Origin: Alphaproteobacteria bacterium
GTDB taxonomy: Bacteria > Pseudomonadota > Alphaproteobacteria > UBA828
Length of the DNA: 64,000 nt
Direction of reading: 5' to 3'
NCBI GenBank assembly: GCA_965237415.1
Contig: CBDEFM010000002.1
Coordinates: 3,232,001 to 3,296,000, forward strand
Below the pieces are notes generated by a model. That model saw nothing but the letters and a program-made list of their open reading frames with translations. It did not search any database and was not told the DNA's origin. The translations under genes and the position numbers were made by a program. This document shows, in pieces, positions 51,539-61,419 of the stretch; position 1 is the first letter of the stretch; every line of letters begins with the position of its first letter.

Positions 51539-51648
51539 CACTCCGCCTCCGGCAACACGGATTTCGTGTAGCACGGAATCTGCTTTAGGGCCGAACTGGC
51601 GTCAGATTTTCCGCGCGTGGCCTTCCCAGAAGCGCCCGCGCCCCCGCC

Positions 51649-52563
51649 TCAAGCCTCACGCGACGTGATCGGATCGACGATGTTGAGGCGCGTGATGAAG
51701 CGCTGAAAGACGAGGGCCAGCACCAGCGGCGGGACGACCGAGAGCGTGCTCGCCGCTGCGAATAGTGTGATGTTTTGCGAGACCGTCTGCAGCGCTGGCG
51801 AGAGGGTCTGGGCGGTGCTGCCGCCGGTCAGGATGATGCCGAACAAGAGCTCGTTCCAGCAGAACAGGAACGCGATGATGAAGGCGGCGCTGATTCCGGG
51901 CATCGCCATCGGGATCATCACGTGCCGAAGCACCCCGAGCCGGCTGCAGCCGTCGATCCGCGCGGAGCGCTCGATATCGGCCGGCAGCGTCGCGAAGTAG
52001 CCCATCAGAATCCAGGCGAGCAGCGGGGTGATGCCGGTCAGGTAGGTCAGGATCAAGCTACCCTGATTGCCGATCAGACCGAGGGACTGAAAGAACATGT
52101 AGTACGGGATGAGGATCGCGATCGGCGGCAACACACGCGTGAGGAGGAGGGCGAAGAGCAAACCCATTCGGCCCGAAAACTCGAACCGCCCGAAGGCGTA
52201 GCCCGCGACGGTCGCGATGGCGGTCGCGATCAGGGCGGTCGGCAGCGCCACGATCAGGCTGTTGAGGAAGCCGAGGCCGATCTGCCTGGTTTGCCCGCCG
52301 AAAAGCGCATCCGTCTCCGCGACGCCGACGATGCGCGCATAGTTGTCGAGGGTCGGCCGATCGATGGTCTGGACGATGCCCTCGACAATCTCGGGCTTGG
52401 TCATGAGCGAGGCCCAGACCATCCAGAAAAATGGAACGACCGTCCACAGGACGACGAGGATGCCGGCCGCGATCACATAGAGCTTGAGCCGGCTGTTTCC
52501 GCTCAAGGCGGCCCAGCGCGCCCGCGCTCGACGCAAACCGTCGCGGGGCCTGACCGCTATCAT
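51649..52563 (-). CDS. Carbohydrate ABC transporter permease (MalG-like)
   Basis: NSLIVA, AGYAFGRF, EAA-like loop IERSARIDGCS, WNEL. Confidence 0.88.
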   Translation of the reverse strand: MIAVRPRDGLRRARARWAALSGNSRLKLYVIAAGILVVLWTVVPFFWMVWASLMTKPEIVEGIVQTIDRPTLDNYARIVGVAETDALFGGQTRQIGLGFLNSLIVALPTALIATAIATVAGYAFGRFEFSGRMGLLFALLLTRVLPPIAILIPYYMFFQSLGLIGNQGSLILTYLTGITPLLAWILMGYFATLPADIERSARIDGCSRLGVLRHVMIPMAMPGISAAFIIAFLFCWNELLFGIILTGGSTAQTLSPALQTVSQNITLFAAASTLSVVPPLVLALVFQRFITRLNIVDPITSREA

Positions 52564-52585
52564 TCGCCGGGCCGGCGGCCCAGGC

Positions 52586-54139
52586 TCAGATTTTCCGCTC
52601 GTGGCCTGCCCAGAAGCGCTCGCGCACCTTGCGCTTCAGCACCTTGCCGACCCCGCTGCGGGGAAGCTCCTCCCAGAACTCCACCGTCTTCGGCGCCTTG
52701 TAGGGGGAAAGCTCCTGCTTGCAGAGGGCGATGAGGTCGTCCCCGCTCACCTGCTCGCCCTGCTTCAGCTCGACCACCGCCTTCACCGCCTCGCCCCACT
52801 TCTCATCAGGCACACCGATCACGGCGCAGTCCTGCACCGCCGGGTGGCTCCAGATCACGCGCTCGATCTCGATCGGGAAGACGTTGAGCCCGCCCGAGAT
52901 GATCATGTCCTTCTTGCGGTCGACGATATAGACGAAGCCGTCCTCGTCCTTGTAGCCGATGTCGCCGGTGTGGTGCCAACCGTGGGCGCGGATTTCCGCC
53001 GTCGCCTCCGGTTCGGCGAAATAGCCGAGGGAGACGAAGGTGCCGCGCACCACGATCTCCCCCCATTCGCCGGTCGGCATCAGATTGCCGTCGTCGTCCA
53101 TCATCTCCACCTCGACGAAGACCGGCGGGCGGCCGCAGCTCAGCAGGCGGTGGCGCTTGGCGGGGTCGGCGAGGGCCTCCAGATGGTCGGCGGGCGTCAG
53201 GATGCCGATGGTGCAGGGGCACTCGGCCTGGCCGTAGATCTGGGTCATGCAGGGGCCGAAGAGGTCGATCGCCTCGGCCGCCTTGTCGGCCGACATCGGC
53301 GCGCCGCCATAGACGAAGTAATCAAGCGTTGAGTAATCGAACTCCCTGGCGCGCCGGTGGGCCAGCATCATGTAGATCACCGTCGGCGGCATGAAGGTGT
53401 GGGTCACGCCGTGGCGGTCGATCGCCTCCATGACGGCGAGCGGATCGGCCTTCTGGATACAGACCGTGGTACCGCCGAAGGCCATGGCGGGCCAGGCGAA
53501 GACGCCGGCGCCGTGGGCCATCGAGGTCGCGACCAGGTGCACCGGCGGCTTCTTGATCGGCAGGTGGGCGTAAGCGTTGGCGCACCAGGCCTCCCAGATC
53601 AGGTTCGACCACATCGCGCCCTTGGGCCGGCCGGTGGTGCCGCCGGAGGTGAAGTGGCTGATGACCGCATCGCGATCGTCCGGGAGCTCCGGTGCTACGT
53701 CGCCATGGCCCGCAATGAAATCCTCGAACGACGGCGCGTCCGCGCCCGCACGGCCGAGGCAGACGAGGTGACGGAGCTTCGGGCACCGGGCGCGGATCTG
53801 TGCGATCGCCGGCTCGAAGCTCGAATCGTAGAAGAGCCAGGCGGCCTCGCGCTGGTCGATGACGTAGGCGTTCTCGTCCGCCGACGCGAGCGCAGCGAGG
53901 CCGACCCAGACGCCGCCGGCGCGCGCCGCGCCGATCCAGGCCTCGAAGGCGCGGCTGCTGTTGGGGCTCAGGATCGCCACCCGGTCGCCCAGCACGAGCC
54001 CGCCTGCGACCAGCGCGTTCGCCGTGCGGTGGCTGCGTTCGGCCACCTCGCGATAGCTGATCTCGCCGGTCCCGTCGATGAGGCAGGCGCGGTCCGGGTA
54101 GTAGCGGTGCCCGCGCTCGAAGTAGTCGATCAGCCTCAT
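52586..54139 (-). CDS. AMP-dependent acyl-CoA synthetase
   Basis: FTSGGTTGRPKG, YGQAE, HTGDIG, DRKKDMIISGG. Confidence 0.92.
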   Translation of the reverse strand: MRLIDYFERGHRYYPDRACLIDGTGEISYREVAERSHRTANALVAGGLVLGDRVAILSPNSSRAFEAWIGAARAGGVWVGLAALASADENAYVIDQREAAWLFYDSSFEPAIAQIRARCPKLRHLVCLGRAGADAPSFEDFIAGHGDVAPELPDDRDAVISHFTSGGTTGRPKGAMWSNLIWEAWCANAYAHLPIKKPPVHLVATSMAHGAGVFAWPAMAFGGTTVCIQKADPLAVMEAIDRHGVTHTFMPPTVIYMMLAHRRAREFDYSTLDYFVYGGAPMSADKAAEAIDLFGPCMTQIYGQAECPCTIGILTPADHLEALADPAKRHRLLSCGRPPVFVEVEMMDDDGNLMPTGEWGEIVVRGTFVSLGYFAEPEATAEIRAHGWHHTGDIGYKDEDGFVYIVDRKKDMIISGGLNVFPIEIERVIWSHPAVQDCAVIGVPDEKWGEAVKAVVELKQGEQVSGDDLIALCKQELSPYKAPKTVEFWEELPRSGVGKVLKRKVRERFWAGHERKI

Positions 54140-54282
54140 GCGGCTCCTCCCGGATCGCCCCTCGGATGCCCCTCGGCCCCCCGCGCGCGCCGCCCCGCTC
54201 TACGCGGAATTGACTCGGATTTCAAACAAGTGTTTGCTCGGCACCGCGCCGCCCGGCCGCCGCAATCGGAGAGAGTGACGCC

Positions 54283-55500
54283 ATGCTTTCGCTGCCCAAG
54301 CAGGAGCTGAAGGGCCACTTCACCATGCTGCCGATGGACGAGGTCCATTTCGGCTCCGGCAGCCTCGAAAATCTTTCCGCCGAGCTGGAGAAGCAGGGCG
54401 TCAGCCGGGCCGTCATCATCACCGGCAACACCTTGGCCCAAAACACGGAACTGGTGGAGAAGGTGGCCGCCGCAGCGGGCAACAAGTGCGCGGGCGTCTT
54501 CCACGAGACCTCGCAGCACGTGCCGCGCCGCACCGTGATCGCCGCCGCCGACTACGCGCGCGAGCGGGGCGCGGACGCCCTCATCAGCTTCGGCGGCGGC
54601 ACGCCCAACGATACCGCGAAGGCCGCCACCATCTGCCTCGCCGAGGGGATCACGGAGCCCGCCGGCCTCGATCGGTACATGATCAAGTTCACCTACCCGG
54701 ATCAGGTCGAGATTCCGTCGCTCACGAACGACCCGATCCCGATGTTCGCGATCCCGACGACGCTGTCGGCCGGCGAGTTCACCTATTTCGTCGGCATCAC
54801 CGACGAGGACCGCAAGGTGAAGGACCTCTACGTCGACCGGCGGATCACGGCGAAGGCGGTCATCCTCGACCCCGACCTCACGATGGATACGCCGGAGCGG
54901 CTCTGGCTGGGCACGGGCATGCGCGCGGTCGATCACTGCATCGAGGCGATGTGCTCCAGCACGGCGCAGCCCTTCATCGATGCGCTCGCCTACCGTGCGC
55001 TCAACATGCTGGTGCGCTACCTGCGCGAGACCAAGGCCGACCCGGAAGACAGTTCGGCGCGGGGGCAGTGCATGGTGGCGGCCTGGATGTCGGTCTGCGG
55101 GCTTGCCAACGTCACGCTGGGCTTGAGCCACGGCATCGGCCACCAGTTGGGCGCCCGCTGCAACGTGCCCCACGGCGAGACCTCGGCGGTGATGATGCCG
55201 CACGTCATGGCCTTCAACCGCGAGCAAACCATGACCCGGCAGGCCTGGGTGGCCGAAGCCATGGGCGTCGACATCGCCGCCATGAGCGAGGAGGAGGCCG
55301 CAACCGCCGCGGCGGACGAGGTGGCGACGTTGGTGCGCGAGGATATGGGCCTGCCCTGGCGGCTCCGGGATGTCGGCGTCGCGCACGACGATTTTCCCGG
55401 CATCGCGGCCGATGCGCTTGAGGACATCATCGTCGCCAGCAATCCGCGCCAGGTGACGTCAACGGAAGAGGTCATCGACCTCTTGCACAAGGCCTGGTAG
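54283..55500 (+). CDS. Iron-containing alcohol dehydrogenase family protein
   Basis: GGGTPND, IPTTLSAGE, DHCIE, HGIGHQLG..VPHG. Confidence 0.88.
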   Translation: MLSLPKQELKGHFTMLPMDEVHFGSGSLENLSAELEKQGVSRAVIITGNTLAQNTELVEKVAAAAGNKCAGVFHETSQHVPRRTVIAAADYARERGADALISFGGGTPNDTAKAATICLAEGITEPAGLDRYMIKFTYPDQVEIPSLTNDPIPMFAIPTTLSAGEFTYFVGITDEDRKVKDLYVDRRITAKAVILDPDLTMDTPERLWLGTGMRAVDHCIEAMCSSTAQPFIDALAYRALNMLVRYLRETKADPEDSSARGQCMVAAWMSVCGLANVTLGLSHGIGHQLGARCNVPHGETSAVMMPHVMAFNREQTMTRQAWVAEAMGVDIAAMSEEEAATAAADEVATLVREDMGLPWRLRDVGVAHDDFPGIAADALEDIIVASNPRQVTSTEEVIDLLHKAW

Positions 55501-55510
55501 CGCAGGCTGA

Positions 55511-55800
55511 GCCCGGATTTCTCGCCAATGTCACGGCCTGCGTCGCGCCCAGACGTTCGATCCGCCAGGAGCGGGCCGAAAAGCGTATCGGGGAATACGG
55601 TTGAGGCCCGCGACGTGCGCTCCGCGCGCGTGGACGCGCGACGCGGGCGGGCGTCTGGGCGCGACCCGAAGGGCGGCGCTGTCCGGCCGACAGGGTTCGT
55701 CAAGCTGCTTGCCCGATGCCCCACATCGCGCTACGCAGCCTTCCTGCCCTGGCGGCCGGACAGCGCCGCGCAGGCCATGACATTGGCGAGAATTCCGGGC
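55511..55800. mobile_element. MITE-like non-coding element (290 bp)
   Basis: 32-bp TIRs, 30/32 identical (55511-55542 vs 55769-55800); flanked by TGA and TAA. Confidence 0.7.
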
Positions 55801-55814
55801 TAAGGGAGACACCC

Positions 55815-57902
55815 ATGGGCTATCGCATTGCCGTCGATACCGGCGGCACGTTCACCGATGTCGTGATCGCCGACGAAGCGGGCCGGCTCATCGTCGGCAA
55901 GGCGCTGACGACGACTGAGCGCACCTTCGAGGGGTTTCGCGAGGCGCTCGCCAATGCCGGGGAGATAGCGGGGGTCGCCTACGAGCGCCTGCTCGCCGAG
56001 ACCGAGATGCTGATCTACGGCACCACGCGGTCCACCAACTCGATCATCGAGGGCAAGGTCGCGAAGACGGCGCTGCTCACGACCGAGGGTTTTCCAGACA
56101 CGCTGCTCTACCGCCACGGCGGCAAGCGCGAGCCGCTCAACCTCGCGATGGAGTTCCCGCCGCCCTATATCCCCCGCCGCCTCACCTTCGAGATCCCGGA
56201 GCGCATCAACGCCGAGGGCGGCGTCGAGCGTGAGTTGGACGAAGCCGCCGCACGCGCGATCATCGAGAGCCTGCCACGCAAGCGCATTGAGGCGGTCGCG
56301 GTTGCGCTGCTCTGGTCGATCGTGAACCCCGACCACGAGCTTCGCATCGGCGCGCTGATTGCGGAGATCATGCCGGGCGTGCCCTACACCCTCTCCCACC
56401 AGCTCAACCCGATCATCCGCGAATTCCCGCGCACCTCTTCCACCGCCATCGACGCCTCGCTCAAGCCCTTGATGCAGAGCCATCTGGCCGAGTTCGAGAG
56501 CGACCTGCGCGCTGCAGGCTGCACCGGCGAGGTGCTGATCAGCACCTCCTCGGGCGGCGTGATGCACGTGGACGACGTGGTCGCGAAGCCGATCTACACC
56601 GTGAAGTCGGGGCCCGCGATGGGGCCGCTCGCGGGCATCGCCTATGGCGGCGCCGAGGACCAAGGCGACGACGTCATCATCGTCGACACCGGCGGCACCA
56701 CCTTCGACGTGAGCCTGGTCCGCAGCGGCCAGGTCAAATACACCCGCGACACGTGGCTGCTGGGCGAGTGGATCGGCCACAACCTCGGCCTCTCCTCGGT
56801 CGATGTGAGGAGCGTCGGCGCCGGCGGCGGCTCGATCGCCTGGATCGATGCCGGCGGTCTGCTGCGCGTCGGCCCGCAGAGCGCGGGCGCCCGCCCCGGC
56901 CCCGCCTGCTACGGCCAGGGCGGCGAGGAGCCCACCGTCACCGACGCCGCCGTCGTGCTCGGCTATATCGACCCGGACTATTTCCTCGGCGGGCGCATGA
57001 GACTCGACGTCGCCGCCGCGGCGGACGTGCTGGAGAAGGTCGCGGTGCCGCTGAAGCTCTCGGCGGACGAGGCCGCGTCTGCGCTGCTGACGCTTGCCGG
57101 CGAGCAGATGATCAAGGCGATCCAGGAGATCACGGTCCAGGACGGGGTGAACCCCGGCGAGAGCATCATCGTCGCCGGCGGTGGCGCGGCCGGGCTCAAC
57201 ATCATCCCCATCGCCCAGGCTCTCGGCTGCCGCCGCGTGCTGCTGCCGCGCACGGCGGGCGCGCTCAGCGCCTGCGGCGGGCAGTTCTCCAACATCGTCA
57301 CCGAGTTCAGCGCGAGCCGCTACGCGCATTCGAACACCTTCGACTTCGACGGTGTGCGCGAATCGCTCTCCGGCATCGCGGCCCGCATGGACGCGTTCGA
57401 GGAGAAGCTGCGCGATCGCAGCATCGAGCGCTTCGGGCGCGAGTATTTCGTCGAGGCCCGCTACATCAACCAGCAGTGGGAGATGGAGATTCCCATGCCC
57501 ATGGACCGCTTCGAGGGCCAAGCGGACGTGGAGCGGTTGGTGGAGACCTTCCACGATGTCCATTTCCGCCGCTATGCGGTGAAGGAAGAGGGTGGCGCCA
57601 TCGAGTGCATCAACTGGAAGGGCCGGATCACGGCGTTCCTGGACAAGCCGTCGTTCCCGACCGAGCCGATGGCGGACGGCCCCCTGCCCAAGCCGCGCCG
57701 CACCACGCGGGCCTATTTCGGCGAGGCCGGCGCCTTGGACACGCCCTCCCATCTCGGCGATGATCTGCTTCCCGGCATGGTGGTGGCGGGCCCCGCGATC
57801 ATCGAGGAGCCCACGACCACGATCGTCGTCTATCCGGGGTCGTCGGCGACCGTGACGGCCGGACGCAACTACCTGCTGGAGACCGGCGCCGTCGGCGCCT
57901 GA
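55815..57902 (+). CDS. Hydantoinase/oxoprolinase A subunit
   Basis: DTGGTFTD, SGPAMG, DTGGTTFD, GPQSAGARPGPACY; GGGAG RBS. Confidence 0.92.
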   Translation: MGYRIAVDTGGTFTDVVIADEAGRLIVGKALTTTERTFEGFREALANAGEIAGVAYERLLAETEMLIYGTTRSTNSIIEGKVAKTALLTTEGFPDTLLYRHGGKREPLNLAMEFPPPYIPRRLTFEIPERINAEGGVERELDEAAARAIIESLPRKRIEAVAVALLWSIVNPDHELRIGALIAEIMPGVPYTLSHQLNPIIREFPRTSSTAIDASLKPLMQSHLAEFESDLRAAGCTGEVLISTSSGGVMHVDDVVAKPIYTVKSGPAMGPLAGIAYGGAEDQGDDVIIVDTGGTTFDVSLVRSGQVKYTRDTWLLGEWIGHNLGLSSVDVRSVGAGGGSIAWIDAGGLLRVGPQSAGARPGPACYGQGGEEPTVTDAAVVLGYIDPDYFLGGRMRLDVAAAADVLEKVAVPLKLSADEAASALLTLAGEQMIKAIQEITVQDGVNPGESIIVAGGGAAGLNIIPIAQALGCRRVLLPRTAGALSACGGQFSNIVTEFSASRYAHSNTFDFDGVRESLSGIAARMDAFEEKLRDRSIERFGREYFVEARYINQQWEMEIPMPMDRFEGQADVERLVETFHDVHFRRYAVKEEGGAIECINWKGRITAFLDKPSFPTEPMADGPLPKPRRTTRAYFGEAGALDTPSHLGDDLLPGMVVAGPAIIEEPTTTIVVYPGSSATVTAGRNYLLETGAVGA

Positions 57903-57913
57903 GGGAGGGAGCG

Positions 57914-59731
57914 ATGGCACAAGCACTCGCGGAAGCGCAGCGGGAGAACCGCATCAATCCGGTCCTGCTGCCGGTGATGGCGAACCGCATGGATGCGGTC
58001 TGCCGCGAGATGACCAACACCATGCTGCTGGCGGCGCGGTCCTCCGTCATCGGCATGGCGCGCGACTTCTCGTGTGCGGTCATCACGTCGGACAACCAAG
58101 TGCTCGCCGTGGCCGAGGGCTTCCCCATCCACGTCTGGGGCACCAACATCCAGACCAAGTCGATGCAGGACCTGCATCCCGACTATGCCGAGGGCGATGC
58201 CTACCTGCACAACGATCCCTACCTCGGCAACACCCACCCGGCCGACCACACCATCCTGGTGCCGGTGTTCCATGAGGGGGAGCACTTCTTCACCGTCGCG
58301 GTGAAGGCGCATCAGGCCGATGTCGGCAACAGCCTGCCCACCACCTACATGGCGCAAGCCGCGGACGTCTATCAGGAAGGCGCGTTGATCTTCCCCTGCG
58401 TCCAGGTGCAGCGGGATTTCCAGAACATCGACGACATCATCCGCATGTGCGAGCGCCGCATCCGCGTGCCCGAGCAGTGGTACGGCGACTATCTCGCCGC
58501 CGTCGGCGCGGCCCGCGTCGGCGAGCGCTCGGTCAAGGCCTTCATCGCCAAGTACGGCGCCCACGCGGTGCGCCACTTCACCGAGGAATGGTTCGACTAT
58601 TCCGAACGCCGCTGCATCGAGGCCATCCGTGCGCTGCCCAAGGGCAAGCTCAAGGGCGCGCTGGCGCACGACCCGGTCGAGCCCTGGGTGCCGGAGGGGA
58701 TCCCGATCAACGTGACGATCGACATCGACCCCGACGAGGCGCGGGTGACGGTGGACCTGCGCGACAACATCGACTGCATCGACGCCGGCCTCAATCTGAC
58801 CGAGACCACGTCCACCATGGCGGCGGTGCAGGGCGTGCTCACCTGCCTCGGCGAGGACCTGCCGCCCAACTCCGGCACCATGCGCCGCATCGAGGTGCTG
58901 CTGCGCGAGAACTGCGCGGTGGGGATTCCGCGCTTCCCCCACAGCTGCTCGGTCGCGACCACCAACCTCGCCGACGTGATCGTCAACGTGACGCAATCCG
59001 CCTTCGCCGAGCTCGGCGACGGCCAGGGCTTCGCTCACGGCAACTACTGCAATTCGGCCGCCGCCGGGGTCGCCTCCGGCACCGACTGGCGGCGGGGTGG
59101 CGAGCCCTACATCAACCAGATGTTCATGATGGGCGGCGGCGGCGGTGCGTCCGCCGAGAACGACGGCATGCACTATCTCTTCGTGCCGGTGGCGGCGGGC
59201 CTGCTCTACCGCGACAGCATCGAGATCAACGAGCAGCGCTTCCCCGTGCTCATCGACAAGATGCACGTCGTCACCGATTCCATGGGCCACGGGCGGCGGC
59301 GCGGCGGGCCGGCGACCGAGGTGATCATGGGGCCGCGCAACGACTCCATGCGCATCCTCCACGTCTGCAACGGGCTCGAGAGCGCGCCCAAGGGCGTGCG
59401 CGGCGGCACCGGCTCCCAGCTCGGCGGCAATGCCAGGATCGACCGGGACGGCAACGAGCATCCCTATCCGGCAGTAATGGTGTGCGATCTGGAAGATGGC
59501 GAGCGCCTGCGTGCGCGGGATCAGGGCGGCGGCGGCTACGGCAGCCCGGTGGAGCGCGAGACCCATCGGGTGCTGAACGACGTGGCCGAGCGCTTCGTCA
59601 CGGTCGAGACGGCGCGCGATGTCTATGGCGTCGCCATCACCGGCAGCGTGGCCGACGACACCCTCGCCGTGGACGAAGCCGCCACCGCCTCGCTCCGGGC
59701 CTCGATGAACGGCGGCGGCGCCACGGCCTAG
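57914..59731 (+). CDS. Hydantoinase B/oxoprolinase subunit
   Basis: ARDFSCA, NDPYLGNTHPAD, HQADVG, GGGGYG. Confidence 0.92.
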   Translation: MAQALAEAQRENRINPVLLPVMANRMDAVCREMTNTMLLAARSSVIGMARDFSCAVITSDNQVLAVAEGFPIHVWGTNIQTKSMQDLHPDYAEGDAYLHNDPYLGNTHPADHTILVPVFHEGEHFFTVAVKAHQADVGNSLPTTYMAQAADVYQEGALIFPCVQVQRDFQNIDDIIRMCERRIRVPEQWYGDYLAAVGAARVGERSVKAFIAKYGAHAVRHFTEEWFDYSERRCIEAIRALPKGKLKGALAHDPVEPWVPEGIPINVTIDIDPDEARVTVDLRDNIDCIDAGLNLTETTSTMAAVQGVLTCLGEDLPPNSGTMRRIEVLLRENCAVGIPRFPHSCSVATTNLADVIVNVTQSAFAELGDGQGFAHGNYCNSAAAGVASGTDWRRGGEPYINQMFMMGGGGGASAENDGMHYLFVPVAAGLLYRDSIEINEQRFPVLIDKMHVVTDSMGHGRRRGGPATEVIMGPRNDSMRILHVCNGLESAPKGVRGGTGSQLGGNARIDRDGNEHPYPAVMVCDLEDGERLRARDQGGGGYGSPVERETHRVLNDVAERFVTVETARDVYGVAITGSVADDTLAVDEAATASLRASMNGGGATA

Positions 59732-59771
59732 GCGCTCCCGCAGCTCGGCCAGCCGCGTCGCAGAGGCACAA

Positions 59772-60545
59772 GTGCCGATAAGCCTCGCCGGCAAGACGGC
59801 CATCGTCACCGGTGCCGGCCGCGGCATCGGCAAGGCGGTGGCCGAGGTCTTCGCCCGCGAAGGGGCCAAGGTCCTGGTGGTCAACCGCAGCCCCGAGGCC
59901 GGCCAAGCCGCCACCGACGGGATCGTGGCCGAGGGCTTCGAGGCCTCCTTCCTCCAGGCCGACGTGCGCAGACAAGCTGACATGGAGCGCATGGCCGCCG
60001 CCTGCATAGCGCGCTACGGCCGCATCGACATCCTCTGCCTCAACGCCGGCATCTACCCCAACGCGCTCATCGCCGACATGACGGAGGCGATGTGGGACGA
60101 TGTGATGGACACCAACCTCAAGGGCGTGTTCTTCGCGGCCCAGGCGTGTCTCCCGCAGATGAAAAGCCAGCGGGCAGGGCGGCTCCTCGTCGTCTCCTCG
60201 ATCACCGGCCCCCGCGTGGGGCTGCCGGACGTGAGCTGCTACATGGCGTCCAAGGGCGGCGTGAACGCCTTCGTCCGAGGCGCGGCGTTGGAACTCGCCC
60301 CCTACAATATCACCGCCAACACGGTCTCCCCCGGCTCGATCCTGACCGAGGGCATCGCCCAGGCCCGCGGCGAAGAGGCGGTGAAGGAATTCAGCCGTGT
60401 GATCCCCGCCGGTCATCTGGGCGACCCGGAGGACGTGGCCTACGCGCTGGTCTACCTCGCCTCGGACCAGGCCCGCTTCGTCACCGGCCACGACATCGTG
60501 CTCGACGGCGGCCAGATTCTGCCTGAGAGACCGCTCGGTCTCTGA
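59772..60545 (+). CDS. SDR (FabG-like) oxidoreductase
   Basis: TGAGRGIG, NAG, YMASK. Confidence 0.9.
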   Translation: MPISLAGKTAIVTGAGRGIGKAVAEVFAREGAKVLVVNRSPEAGQAATDGIVAEGFEASFLQADVRRQADMERMAAACIARYGRIDILCLNAGIYPNALIADMTEAMWDDVMDTNLKGVFFAAQACLPQMKSQRAGRLLVVSSITGPRVGLPDVSCYMASKGGVNAFVRGAALELAPYNITANTVSPGSILTEGIAQARGEEAVKEFSRVIPAGHLGDPEDVAYALVYLASDQARFVTGHDIVLDGGQILPERPLGL

Positions 60546-60582
60546 GCGGGCCGCATCCCCGACGACGCCTTGCCAATCAGGC

Positions 60583-60608
60583 TATTCCCGGTTATATAAC
60601 CGGGAATA
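60583..60608. promoter_or_regulatory. TA operator palindrome
   Basis: Perfect 26-bp palindrome TATTCCCGGTTATATAACCGGGAATA over a TTGCCA-17-TATATA promoter candidate. Confidence 0.75.
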
Positions 60609-60623
60609 TGTTGGAGGTAGGTC

Positions 60624-60926
60624 GTGAGCGACTCATCCCAAAGACGTGCCACCGACAGGTACCGGCGCCGGCTGGCCGAACGCGGCATGGCCCGCTTCGA
60701 GGTGCTCGGGCGGGACGCCGATCGCGAGCTTATCCGTTCCCTGGCGAAGCGGCTTGCCGAGGACGGTCCGCAGGCTGACCGTCTTCGAACCGTGGTCCGA
60801 CACGGCGTTGCCGACGAGCCGCCACGAAGGGGCGGGATTCTCGAAGCGCTGCGCCGCTCGCCGCTGGTCGGTGAAGAGGCCGTTCCGCCCCGTCCCTTCG
60901 ATCCGGGACGCGAGGTCGATCTGTGA
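60624..60926 (+). CDS. Putative antitoxin
   Basis: 100 aa, RFEV..DRELIRSLAKRL..GGILEALRRSPLVG; GTGA overlap with the PIN gene. Confidence 0.75.
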   Translation: MSDSSQRRATDRYRRRLAERGMARFEVLGRDADRELIRSLAKRLAEDGPQADRLRTVVRHGVADEPPRRGGILEALRRSPLVGEEAVPPRPFDPGREVDL

Positions 60927-61360
60927 CCCGCTACCTTCTGGACACCAACATCATTAGCAACGTCACGAAGGCAGCGCCGTCAGAGGCCCTGCTCGCCTGG
61001 ATGGCCGAACAGATCGACGACGATCTCTTAATTTCCTCGCTCACGATTGCGGAAATTCGGCGCGGCATTTTGGAGAAGCCTGCTGGCCGCCGGCGCAATG
61101 CGCTCAAGGCCTGGTTCGCGGGCCCCGAAGGCCCGTCCGCTCTCTTCGCGGGCCGCGTTCTGCCGTTCGACGAGACTGCCGGGCTCGTCTGGGCGCGACT
61201 CATGGCTGAAGGCCGGGCGGAAGGCCGTCCCCGCAGCGCGCTCGACACCATCATCGCCGCGACCGCAGAAGCCAACGGCTGTATCGTCGTCACGGACAAC
61301 GAGCGGGACTTTCCCGGCGTCGAGACCTTCAACCCGGTTCGGCCCGCCGCCCGCCATTGA
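60923..61360 (+). CDS. VapC/PIN toxin
   Basis: YLLDTNIIS, TIAEI, DTIIAATA, VTDNERDF. Confidence 0.92.
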   Translation: MTRYLLDTNIISNVTKAAPSEALLAWMAEQIDDDLLISSLTIAEIRRGILEKPAGRRRNALKAWFAGPEGPSALFAGRVLPFDETAGLVWARLMAEGRAEGRPRSALDTIIAATAEANGCIVVTDNERDFPGVETFNPVRPAARH

Positions 61361-61419
61361 CAGGTAGCGGCGATGGCCCGAGTCTCGGGCCGCTTTCGTC
61401 GAGCAGGGCTGGAGACCCC

